Shown in pieces: positions 39,046 to 47,440 of a stretch of DNA of 64,000 nt. The translations under genes were made by a program, and so were the position numbers. The stretch spans positions 8,715 to 72,714 of the forward strand of contig QWPT01000009.1 of the NCBI GenBank assembly GCA_003671075.1, read 5' to 3'. Origin of the DNA: Planctomycetota bacterium (GTDB taxonomy: Bacteria > Planctomycetota > Phycisphaerae > Phycisphaerales > SM1A02). Under the pieces are notes generated by a model. That model did no database searches. It saw only the letters and a list, made by a program, of their open reading frames with translations, and was not told where the DNA came from. The first letter of the stretch is position 1, and each line of letters starts with the position of its first letter.

Positions 39046-40595
39046 TGAAATCAACCTCGCGCATTGCTCGACGACGGGGATCCGTCATCGTGATCGTGAT
39101 CTGGTCGGTTGCGATTGCGGCCGTTGTCGTCGGCGCCGCGCAAGTGCTCGCCTTCCGACAGGCAGCGATGGGCCGAGAGTCCATCGCCAAAGTCGAGGCT
39201 CGATGGGCCGCGCGCGCAGGAATCGAAGAGACGATCGCGGTGCTGGAATATCACACCGAGGAACCTGATCCCAGCAACTCTCGGCAGATGTACAAGGATC
39301 TCGAGTTGGTTGCCGACGGGCAGTTGAGCTCCGGCGATTGGCAGATCCGCCATGTCGAGGACGGCGTCGAGATCAAAGGTCCGCAGGACGAGCATGCGAA
39401 GCTGAATGTGAACAACATCACTCAGCAGACGCTGCTCGAACTCGACGCTATGACCATGGATGTCGCCGACGCGATCGTCGATTGGCGTGACGCTGACGAC
39501 ACTCCCAGCGTGATGGGAGCTGAGTACGATTTCTATGTGAATCGCGATGTTGGCTACGAGCCGCGCAACGCGTCCTTCCGCTCGATTCCCGAGATCGAGC
39601 TCGTCGCGGGAGCCTTTCCGAAATATGTTCGCGGCGAGGATCAGAACCTCAACGGCCGGCTTGACCCCAATGAAAACGATGGCGGCGCAAGCGAGCCGCC
39701 CGACGATGCCGACGGATTTCTCGACGCTGGTTGGTCGAGCGCTCTTACGGCACGCAGTTCGGGAAGTCTCCTTGGCTCGACCGGTGAGACCAAGTTGAAC
39801 CTGAAGGAAGCGGCGCCCGAGGAGATGCAGGAGCGGTTCGGTGTAACGACCGAGCAAGCGACCGCGCTCAATGCGTTCGCCAAGGGTCAGAGTGCGAAAC
39901 TTGAAATGCTGTTGACGCAGGACTTGCAGACGCTCAGTGCTTCAGGAGGCGCAGGCGCGAACGGTCGCGGAGGAGTCGGCGCAGCCGCTGGTGCAATGGG
40001 GAGAGGGGCGTCAGGTGGCGGCGCGGGTTCTAAGGGTGGAACAGGCGTCAAAGGCCTGGGTGAGCAGAGCGCCGCGGGTCTCGCCGCTTCGATGGGTGGC
40101 GCGGGAAACGGTGGAGGTGGCCAGGCAAATAACCAAGGCGCTGGTCGTCAGAGCGGACGAAGTTCTTCTGGCGCGCCTGCACAAGGCGGCGCCGCCCGCA
40201 TCCAAGCACTCGATCAGGGGCAACTGCGGCGGATCTTCCAGGAGGGCAGCCTCGACACCGCCGGGGCGCCGATTCTGGGCAAGGTCAATCTCAATACCGC
40301 CCCCCCCGCCGTTCTTCGTGCCTTGCTGCCCGATGATCCGATTAGTGCCGACGCGATTCTCTCGCTTCGCAACTCCTCGTCGACAGGGCTGCTTGCGATT
40401 TCAGATCTGCTCGGATCGAACCGAATAAGCCCACAGGCCATTGCAGCCATTGCCCCTTATGCCGATACGCAAAGTTATGTCTTCACCGTGACCAGCCGAG
40501 GCCGTTCGGCCACAACTGGACTGGAAATTGAAATCACGGTGGTCATTGATCGTTCCACGCTTCCTGCGCGGATCCTGGAGTACAGAGAACAGTGA
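39045..40595 (+). CDS. gspK: GspK-like minor pseudopilin
   Basis: Non-cleavable-type hydrophobic N-terminus (RRGSVIVIVIWSVAIAAVVVGAA), IVDWRDADDTPS..GAEYDFY motif and SAM/HhH-like repeats (VNLNTAPPAVLRALL). Contains a ~90-aa Gly-rich insert. Confidence 0.8.
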   Translation: MKSTSRIARRRGSVIVIVIWSVAIAAVVVGAAQVLAFRQAAMGRESIAKVEARWAARAGIEETIAVLEYHTEEPDPSNSRQMYKDLELVADGQLSSGDWQIRHVEDGVEIKGPQDEHAKLNVNNITQQTLLELDAMTMDVADAIVDWRDADDTPSVMGAEYDFYVNRDVGYEPRNASFRSIPEIELVAGAFPKYVRGEDQNLNGRLDPNENDGGASEPPDDADGFLDAGWSSALTARSSGSLLGSTGETKLNLKEAAPEEMQERFGVTTEQATALNAFAKGQSAKLEMLLTQDLQTLSASGGAGANGRGGVGAAAGAMGRGASGGGAGSKGGTGVKGLGEQSAAGLAASMGGAGNGGGGQANNQGAGRQSGRSSSGAPAQGGAARIQALDQGQLRRIFQEGSLDTAGAPILGKVNLNTAPPAVLRALLPDDPISADAILSLRNSSSTGLLAISDLLGSNRISPQAIAAIAPYADTQSYVFTVTSRGRSATTGLEIEITVVIDRSTLPARILEYREQ

Positions 40596-42598
40596 AATCA
40601 CAGCCGACCATCACGATCGACGACACGCTGCTTGCGGTAGCCGAGAGGCAAGCCGACTCTTGGCGCGTGCTGTTGGTTCGCCGCGGCGACCGACCCACCA
40701 TTCTGGATGCCCGTGTGTTCGCCGCGTCCGACGAGAGCGGCATCGCCACTTGGTTGCAGTCGCAACATTGCGGCGACCTCCGCATTGTGCTTCCGGCATC
40801 GGCAACGATCGTTCGGATGATCACGATTCCGGTGGCTGCGCCGACGCAGATGCTCGCGGCTCTTCGCTTGCACGCCGAAGGAATGTTCCTTGGCTCGGTT
40901 CCACTCGTACGCATCGGTCTGGGAGTTCTCAGCGGCGCGTCCGAGGGCGAGCGACAGGGCGTCATCATGGCGTGGCCGGGGACTCAGGTCGGCATCAGCA
41001 TCGGCTCGAAGCTCGAGGCGATCGCCCGCTATGTGCCGGAGCCCGCGGCGATGCTGGTCCTTGCGTCGGCTGATCATCCGGCGATCGCCGCAGATCGGAC
41101 CGACGGCTCGATCGCCATCGCCATGTACAGCCCCAAGGGGATGGTGATCCGCGCAACCCGTGAGACCGCTGCGGCTGGTGTCGCTGGTGATGATGCTTGG
41201 AACGAAGGTCTGCGCAGCGCGCTCGTCGAGACCGCGCTCAACGCAGGAATGGAACCGGCGCGCATCACTGCCTTCCTTTCACAGACTGACGCCTCCACCT
41301 CGCGGACGGGCGATCGCGTGCTCATGCTCGATCCCGAGATCCAGTCGATTCTCGCCGCGCGGCTCGATGTCACGGTTGCCGCGGCGGAGCATGACGCGGA
41401 TTGGTGGCGCGATTGGGCAATTGCGCTCGGCGCGGCGGTGGTGAGCTGTGGACCGCTCAGCGAACTTTCGCGTCTGCGTCGGCTCGAGGAGCGCAACACG
41501 CCTTCGCGCATCGACCGTTTCATTGAGCGCTATTCGCAGCCTTCCCGCGCCTTGCGCGTGGCGGTCCTCGCGTTCCTGGTTGCTGGCCTGGCGCCGATTG
41601 GTGCTGCCTGGGCCCGTGGCAAGGTGCTCGAGATCAAGATGCCCGATTCGGCGGACAAGTTCGAGACCACCCAGCGTGAAATCGAGCATCGCATTGCGTT
41701 GTACGGCGAACTGTCCAAGCGCACCCTGCCAGTGGCCAAGATCCTCGGCGATCTTGCTTGCTGCACGCCCGATGGCGTTGAGATCGAGTCGATCCAGTTG
41801 TCGGCTTCGCAAGGCGTGACCGTGCGCGGAGTCGCGAAGGCGCAAGGCGAGCGATCAGCGGCAGAGATCGTGAACTCGATGGCGCGCCTGATGGACTCTT
41901 CGGGCGTCTTCGACAAGACGCATTGGCGCTGGAACACGCCCGATGGTCGCGGCATCTTCAAGTTCGATCTCGACGCGCTCATTGCGCGCCCGACGATGAT
42001 CGCGAAGTTCCCCGACGAGCGCGATTGGGCGGTGAAGACGCTTTCCCAGCGCAAGTACAGCTCGGTCGACGATGATTCGGCCACGACCGATCCAGAGCCC
42101 GTAGGAACGACGACGGCGAGTGCGAGCGCCACGTCCGAAGCGGGAGATCAAGCCGCGAGTGCACCAGCGGGCGCCGTCGCCCAAGCCGGTGACACTCCGG
42201 ATGGAGCGCAGTCGGCCGATGGCGGTTCGCCTTCGATTCCAACGCGCGGCATTGGCCGACGCACTCCGACGACAGCCACCCCTGAGGCAAACTCGAGTAC
42301 GCCTGCGGTGAACACGAGTACGCCCGCGGCAAACCCGGCCAGCCCTACCGACACCTCCAAGCCCGCGACCTTTGGTTCGGGCGTTGGCTCGGGCGGTGGC
42401 CCTGCCGCGACCGCGCAGGCAAACCTCATCATTCCCGATCCGTTCACCGACGAGCAACTCAAGGCCATGTCGAAGGAAGAGGCGCGCACGCTTCTCTCTG
42501 AGATCTCAAAGGCGCGCCGCCGCAACGAGCTTGATGCGGAGACGCGCAAGCGCCTGACCGACGACTTTCAGCGAATTCTCGATCACCTGAAGAAGTGA
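40592..42598 (+). CDS. GspL-like / PilM-PilN fusion-type assembly protein
   Basis: The cytoplasmic N-domain is followed by a single TM helix (ALRVAVLAFLVAGLAPIGAAWA). Next come a PilN/GspL-periplasmic-like domain, a long S/T/A/P-rich segment and a terminal amphipathic helix. The GTG overlaps the upstream stop. The call rests on architecture and gene order only. Confidence 0.55.
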   Translation: MKSQPTITIDDTLLAVAERQADSWRVLLVRRGDRPTILDARVFAASDESGIATWLQSQHCGDLRIVLPASATIVRMITIPVAAPTQMLAALRLHAEGMFLGSVPLVRIGLGVLSGASEGERQGVIMAWPGTQVGISIGSKLEAIARYVPEPAAMLVLASADHPAIAADRTDGSIAIAMYSPKGMVIRATRETAAAGVAGDDAWNEGLRSALVETALNAGMEPARITAFLSQTDASTSRTGDRVLMLDPEIQSILAARLDVTVAAAEHDADWWRDWAIALGAAVVSCGPLSELSRLRRLEERNTPSRIDRFIERYSQPSRALRVAVLAFLVAGLAPIGAAWARGKVLEIKMPDSADKFETTQREIEHRIALYGELSKRTLPVAKILGDLACCTPDGVEIESIQLSASQGVTVRGVAKAQGERSAAEIVNSMARLMDSSGVFDKTHWRWNTPDGRGIFKFDLDALIARPTMIAKFPDERDWAVKTLSQRKYSSVDDDSATTDPEPVGTTTASASATSEAGDQAASAPAGAVAQAGDTPDGAQSADGGSPSIPTRGIGRRTPTTATPEANSSTPAVNTSTPAANPASPTDTSKPATFGSGVGSGGGPAATAQANLIIPDPFTDEQLKAMSKEEARTLLSEISKARRRNELDAETRKRLTDDFQRILDHLKK

Positions 42599-42599
42599 C

Positions 42600-43238
42600 A
42601 TGACCATGTTGACCCCTCAGACTTCAGGCCGTTCCCGCGATCCGTTCGAGCGCGCGCTCGTACGCTATCACTCCATGCAGCGCGCAAGCCGATGGGGCGT
42701 GCTCGCTGGTATCGCTCTTGGCGGCTTCTTCCTGCTCGATTCGGTGCTTTGGCCGATTGCCGACGACTTCAACCGTCGCGCTGACCGTATGGAAGCTGTG
42801 CTGCACAACGCTTCGGAGCGTGCGACCGGACTTCCCGACGACATCGTTCAGGCCGTGCTTTCCCACGGACCAAATTCGGTGCCCAAGCTGGAATCGATCG
42901 GCAAGGACAAACTCGCCGGAGCCATCGCCGAGATCTTCAAGAAAAAGAACATCAACCCTGGCCAGGATGTGCGCCCGGCGCAGCCGCTCCCCGCGAGCGT
43001 GCTTCCCGACATCGCCGCCTCGCTTGGCGGCGTGATGGGTAAGACGGTCGCCGAAGTGCGATTCGAGGGAACTCCCGACGCGGTGCTCGCGGTTCTGAAC
43101 GAGCTCGACAACAGCAATGCGATCGATGCCATCGGCGACCTGCGACTGAACTACAGCGCCGCCACCAAGCGCGTCAGCGTGCAGATGAGCCTTGAGAAGT
43201 GGGGCGTCGTGCGGAAGTCGGGACGAGGTGGCGCATGA
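42600..43238 (+). CDS. GspM/PilO-like assembly protein
   Basis: 212 aa with a short cytoplasmic N-terminus, one TM helix (WGVLAGIALGGFFLLDSVLW) and a periplasmic alpha/beta domain. Its position follows the L-like gene. Confidence 0.5.
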   Translation: MTMLTPQTSGRSRDPFERALVRYHSMQRASRWGVLAGIALGGFFLLDSVLWPIADDFNRRADRMEAVLHNASERATGLPDDIVQAVLSHGPNSVPKLESIGKDKLAGAIAEIFKKKNINPGQDVRPAQPLPASVLPDIAASLGGVMGKTVAEVRFEGTPDAVLAVLNELDNSNAIDAIGDLRLNYSAATKRVSVQMSLEKWGVVRKSGRGGA

Positions 43239-44395
43239 AAGTCATTCTTGATCGGCTCCCTGGCGGTCTGCGCTCTGGAACTCCCGTGTTGGTTTCCGCT
43301 GCGGCAGTCGGACTCAGCGCAATCGTCCTTGCCTATGGCATCAGTGCGATTGGAAAGTCGCTAATCCAACCGTCGCTTGATGCGACACAAGCAGACCCAC
43401 TCGCCGAGCTCGCCGTCCAAAGCACAGAGTTGCTTGAAAACAGCCGCAAGCGCTTCGAAGGTCGCTCGATGTACTCGTTGCCGCCGATGCCGCCGCGCAA
43501 GCCGCGGGTTGTCGACCTGCCGAAGCCCGTTGATCCGCCCAAGGTTGACCTCGGCCCTGCCCCGCCGCCTGCGCTCTACACCGGCCCGGCTCCAACCAGC
43601 GTGATTGGAAACTATGTCTTCTTCGCCACGCTCGGCGACGAGAACAAGAGCATCAAGGTCGGCGAGTCCAAGAACGGCATCAGCGTGATTTCCGTGAACG
43701 CGCCGTACTCGGTCAAGCTTGGCTATCAGCGCGGCGAATACACGGTTTCGGTTTGGGCGCGAGCGGAGGATCGCCTGACGAAGGGCGAACTTGCGCCTTC
43801 GCGCGTGACGGGCGTGGTTGGAAACGGCGCGGTGGTCAACGGCGCAGGGGTCAACGGCGCAGCGGCCGGTAGCGCGGCGGGAGTCCGTGGCCTTCCCGAT
43901 GGCCTTCCCGGTGGCCTTCCCGGTGGCCTTCCCGCCGGCGGGGCGGATGGCGGCAAGGCTGAGGCTGGACTTGCTGGAACTGGAAGTGGAATTGGTGCTG
44001 GGATGCGCCCGGGGCAAAGCACGAAACTTCCACGATCACAGCCGCCGACCGCGAACCCCCTCACCGACATCCCCGGCGATCAGCCGGGTGGCGATGTGCC
44101 GTCGGGTCCTGGGCCCGAAGGCGAGCCGCAGGTGTTGCCGTCCGCCGCGATGAAACCGCAGCAGTTTCCGCCGCCAGCGCCCGGCGAAATTGTTCCGCCG
44201 CCGGAGTACGTTGATCGCGAATTGCTGCCCGCTCCTTTGCTCGATGCGCAGATCTCCGCGATGACCATAGTGCAGGCCCGTTCGGCGCTTTTGGCCATCA
44301 ACGCGACTGACTCGTTGAGTGTGGACGATCACAGCCGAGCGCGGCTCGACCACGAGCGCGCCCTGCTGCGGACCCGCCTCGACCGCAATCCATGA
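43235..44395 (+). CDS. GspC/PilP-like inner-membrane-anchored protein with a Pro/Gly-rich linker
   Basis: N-terminal TM helix (VLVSAAAVGLSAIVLAYGI), a small beta-rich domain (NYVFFATLGDENKSIKVGESKNGISVISV...YTVSVW), then (GLPx)4 and P/G-rich sequence. The ATG overlaps the upstream stop. It lies directly before the secretin gene. Confidence 0.45.
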   Translation: MKVILDRLPGGLRSGTPVLVSAAAVGLSAIVLAYGISAIGKSLIQPSLDATQADPLAELAVQSTELLENSRKRFEGRSMYSLPPMPPRKPRVVDLPKPVDPPKVDLGPAPPPALYTGPAPTSVIGNYVFFATLGDENKSIKVGESKNGISVISVNAPYSVKLGYQRGEYTVSVWARAEDRLTKGELAPSRVTGVVGNGAVVNGAGVNGAAAGSAAGVRGLPDGLPGGLPGGLPAGGADGGKAEAGLAGTGSGIGAGMRPGQSTKLPRSQPPTANPLTDIPGDQPGGDVPSGPGPEGEPQVLPSAAMKPQQFPPPAPGEIVPPPEYVDRELLPAPLLDAQISAMTIVQARSALLAINATDSLSVDDHSRARLDHERALLRTRLDRNP

Positions 44396-44531
44396 GGCCG
44401 ACCGCGGAGCCCGACCGAATGCGTCTGAAGCCAGGCGCGGGCCGACTCAACGAAATTCCCAACCGCAATTGACCGCTTTGAGCATCGGTTGCCGATTGAA
44501 GCGATACGAATGAGACTTTCCGCCCCCACAG

Positions 44532-47423
44532 GTGGAGACGACAGCGAACCTCAATGTGAACACGCGGCACTCGCCGCATGAGAACCGGAGTCTGAACTTG
44601 CGTCCGAATCGACTTTTCTTCCGCTCACCGAGCCTGACCGACATTGTCCGCACCTCGGCGATTCTTGCACTCTCCGGCGCAGTCGCCCCGCTTGCACTCG
44701 CCGAGGCGATGCAGAACACCACAGCGACGCAGGCAACTGGTCAAGACGAGAAGAAGGCCGACCCGCGCGATGTCGCCAGCTATGCGCCGACGCCACCGGC
44801 CACGGCCATCCCGTCGCAGTTGCGCGGCGTGCGCGTCGGGCGCCGCGTCGTCGACGACACGCTGGTGAAGTTGGTGTTCAAGAACGAAAGCATCGAGACC
44901 CTGATGCCGCTCATCTTTGAGTGGACGGGCAAGTATGTGTTCTACAAGCCGACTGACATTTCGAGCAAGAAGATCACTCTGGTCGGAGATCGTGAGATCC
45001 CCAAGAGCCAGGCGCTCGACTACATCTTTCAGGCGTTGAAGATGGAGGATCTTGCGGTCACCGAGACCGAGGATGTCATCTACATCGGACTCGCGACCCA
45101 GCAGAAGAAGACGCAGCCGGGCGTCGTGCTCGGGCCGGAGGAGGATGTGATGTCGATGACCGACAACGGTCTCTTCGTCACCAAGATCTTCCGCCTCAGC
45201 CAGTCGCGGGCGCTCGATGTGCTTGAGCGCATCGAGCCGCTGATTCCCGAGGATTACGCTCAGCTCGCTGCCGACGGCGACTCCAACCAGATCATCCTTT
45301 CGGGCGACATCGGCCTGGCCAAGAAGGTCCAGACCCTGATCAACATGCTCGACCTCCCCTCGTGGGATGACTACGCGACCGAGACTTTCCGCCTCCAGTA
45401 TCAGGACGCGGGAACTGTCGCGACGATCATCGAGGAGCTCTTTACCGACGATGGTTCGGCGGGTGGAAAGTCGGTGGGCGGAGCGCGCGCGCAACCGAAT
45501 CGCGCCAACCGCGGCGCTCCTCAGCAGCCTGGACAACCGGGCGGCGGGCAAGGTGGCGGTGGAGGCAACGGCCTCATCGTGACCGTGTTGGAGTCGATGA
45601 ACTCGCTCACCGTGCGCGCAAACCCGACGATTCTTGTTGAGATCCGCCGCCTTGTTGCCAACGCGTGGGATCTTCCACCGAACTCCGCGGGCAGCATCTT
45701 CCGCACCTATGACCTCAAGTTCGCTGATCCAACCAAGGTTCGCGACCTCTTGGGCACGCTGCTTGGCGGTGGATCGAGTTCCGGCGGTCGAACTGGCGGC
45801 CAGGCCAGCAACCGCGCATTCGCCGGCGGTCGCGTTCCGGCGCAGGGTGGCCAAGGTGGAGGCGACGGTTCGCCGACATCGGCTGTGGCCAACATCTTCT
45901 CGATCGAAGCCTACCCCGACTCGAATCGCCTGGTCGTCATTTCGAAGACGCCCGACAACTACGAGTGGCTCGACAAGTGGATCAACGACCTTGATCAGCC
46001 GTTCACTTCCGGTCTTCCGGTCAATGTGCCGCTGAAGCACGCGGGCGCTGTGGAGCTCAGCGAGATCCTGAACACGCTGCTTGCCTCCTCAGGCTCTGAG
46101 GGCGGCGGCCTGCGCTTGCCCGATGAAGGCATCCAGGGTCTGAGTTCGAGCTTCAACTCTGGACTCGGCGGCGATACGTCCCAGCAATCCTCGGGATTCA
46201 ATGTCGGCGGTCAAGGTGCGGACAATCAGTTGCGCTTCCCGTGGCAAGGCTCGCGCGCGGGCCAGGGCGCGGCGGGTGGCGGAACACCGAGCGAAGTCAG
46301 CGGACTCATCGGTCGAAGCCGAGTGGTGCCCAACTCCGAGCAGAACTCGGTGCTCGTGATGGCGCCGCCGGAAGTCGAAAAGAAGGTCATCGAAATCATC
46401 CACGAGCTCGACAAGCCTGGTCGCCAGGTGATGATCACCGCCGTGCTTGCGGAAGTGAAAGTCGGCGACGGCTTCTCGTGGGGCGCGCGCGTTGGAACAG
46501 GCCTGACCGCTCCCATCAATGGTGGCGACAACGGCGTCGGCGGAAGCCTTTCGCTTGCGCTCACCAAGGGCAACGGCGCAGGCCAGCCCGCTGGTTCGCA
46601 GAACTTCGCTGCACCGTGGTTCGACACCAGCCTTCTCGATGTGCAGACCAGCGACAACCTCGGGTTTTTCCTGCAGGCGCTTTCGACCGACAATTCGGTG
46701 CGCATTCTGCAGCAGCCGCGCGTGTTCACTCGTGACAACAAGGAAGCGAAGTTCGTCGCTGGCCAGGATGTGTCGCTCATCACTGGCAACACCTCGGGCT
46801 TCGGAACCACTGGTACGACGCAGAGCTTTGAGCAGCAGTTTGTCGGCGTCGGCATCAATGTCCGTCCGCGCATCACCCAGGACAACAATGTGGCGATGGA
46901 GGTCGAGATCCTGCTTTCGAATGTCTCGGCCGCGGCCGGCTTCAACGGCAACCCGACCATCGATCGTCGACAGACCAACACCAATGTCACCGTGAAGAAC
47001 GGTCAGACCATCGTGATCTCCGGTATTCGCCGCGAGCAGGAGACGACGGTTGATCGCCGCCTGCCCTTCCTCGGTGATATTCCGATCCTCGGCGCGGCGT
47101 TCAGCTCAACCGAGCGCCAGAAGGAAGTCGTTGAGTTGGTGGTGTTCCTGGTTCCCGTTGTCGTCGAGAATCCAGACGCCAACGACACTAACTACAACCA
47201 GACCGAGCGCGAGCGACTTCAGCAGTTGCAGTTGCCGTTGGAGAAGAGCTCGGAGACCATGCTCAAGGAGAGCAAGTTCTTCTCGGATATCAAGGAAGCT
47301 AAGCCGATCAAGCCCGAGGAGATCGGCAAGAGTCCCGCAGCGGGCCAGCCGGCCACTACGCCGGCCACCACGCCAGCCACGCCGCCCGTCGCGCCAGCAG
47401 CGGAAACTCCCAAGCTGCCGTAA
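44532..47423 (+). CDS. gspD: secretin (GspD/PilQ family)
   Basis: N0-N3-like domains and a C-terminal secretin domain (NVTVKNGQTIVISGIRREQETTVDRRLPFLGDIPILGAAFSSTERQKEVVELVVFLVPVVV). A signal peptide ends ...PLALAEA. The start codon is uncertain. Confidence 0.9.
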   Translation: METTANLNVNTRHSPHENRSLNLRPNRLFFRSPSLTDIVRTSAILALSGAVAPLALAEAMQNTTATQATGQDEKKADPRDVASYAPTPPATAIPSQLRGVRVGRRVVDDTLVKLVFKNESIETLMPLIFEWTGKYVFYKPTDISSKKITLVGDREIPKSQALDYIFQALKMEDLAVTETEDVIYIGLATQQKKTQPGVVLGPEEDVMSMTDNGLFVTKIFRLSQSRALDVLERIEPLIPEDYAQLAADGDSNQIILSGDIGLAKKVQTLINMLDLPSWDDYATETFRLQYQDAGTVATIIEELFTDDGSAGGKSVGGARAQPNRANRGAPQQPGQPGGGQGGGGGNGLIVTVLESMNSLTVRANPTILVEIRRLVANAWDLPPNSAGSIFRTYDLKFADPTKVRDLLGTLLGGGSSSGGRTGGQASNRAFAGGRVPAQGGQGGGDGSPTSAVANIFSIEAYPDSNRLVVISKTPDNYEWLDKWINDLDQPFTSGLPVNVPLKHAGAVELSEILNTLLASSGSEGGGLRLPDEGIQGLSSSFNSGLGGDTSQQSSGFNVGGQGADNQLRFPWQGSRAGQGAAGGGTPSEVSGLIGRSRVVPNSEQNSVLVMAPPEVEKKVIEIIHELDKPGRQVMITAVLAEVKVGDGFSWGARVGTGLTAPINGGDNGVGGSLSLALTKGNGAGQPAGSQNFAAPWFDTSLLDVQTSDNLGFFLQALSTDNSVRILQQPRVFTRDNKEAKFVAGQDVSLITGNTSGFGTTGTTQSFEQQFVGVGINVRPRITQDNNVAMEVEILLSNVSAAAGFNGNPTIDRRQTNTNVTVKNGQTIVISGIRREQETTVDRRLPFLGDIPILGAAFSSTERQKEVVELVVFLVPVVVENPDANDTNYNQTERERLQQLQLPLEKSSETMLKESKFFSDIKEAKPIKPEEIGKSPAAGQPATTPATTPATPPVAPAAETPKLP

Positions 47424-47440
47424 GACTGTATGAAGCCTGA

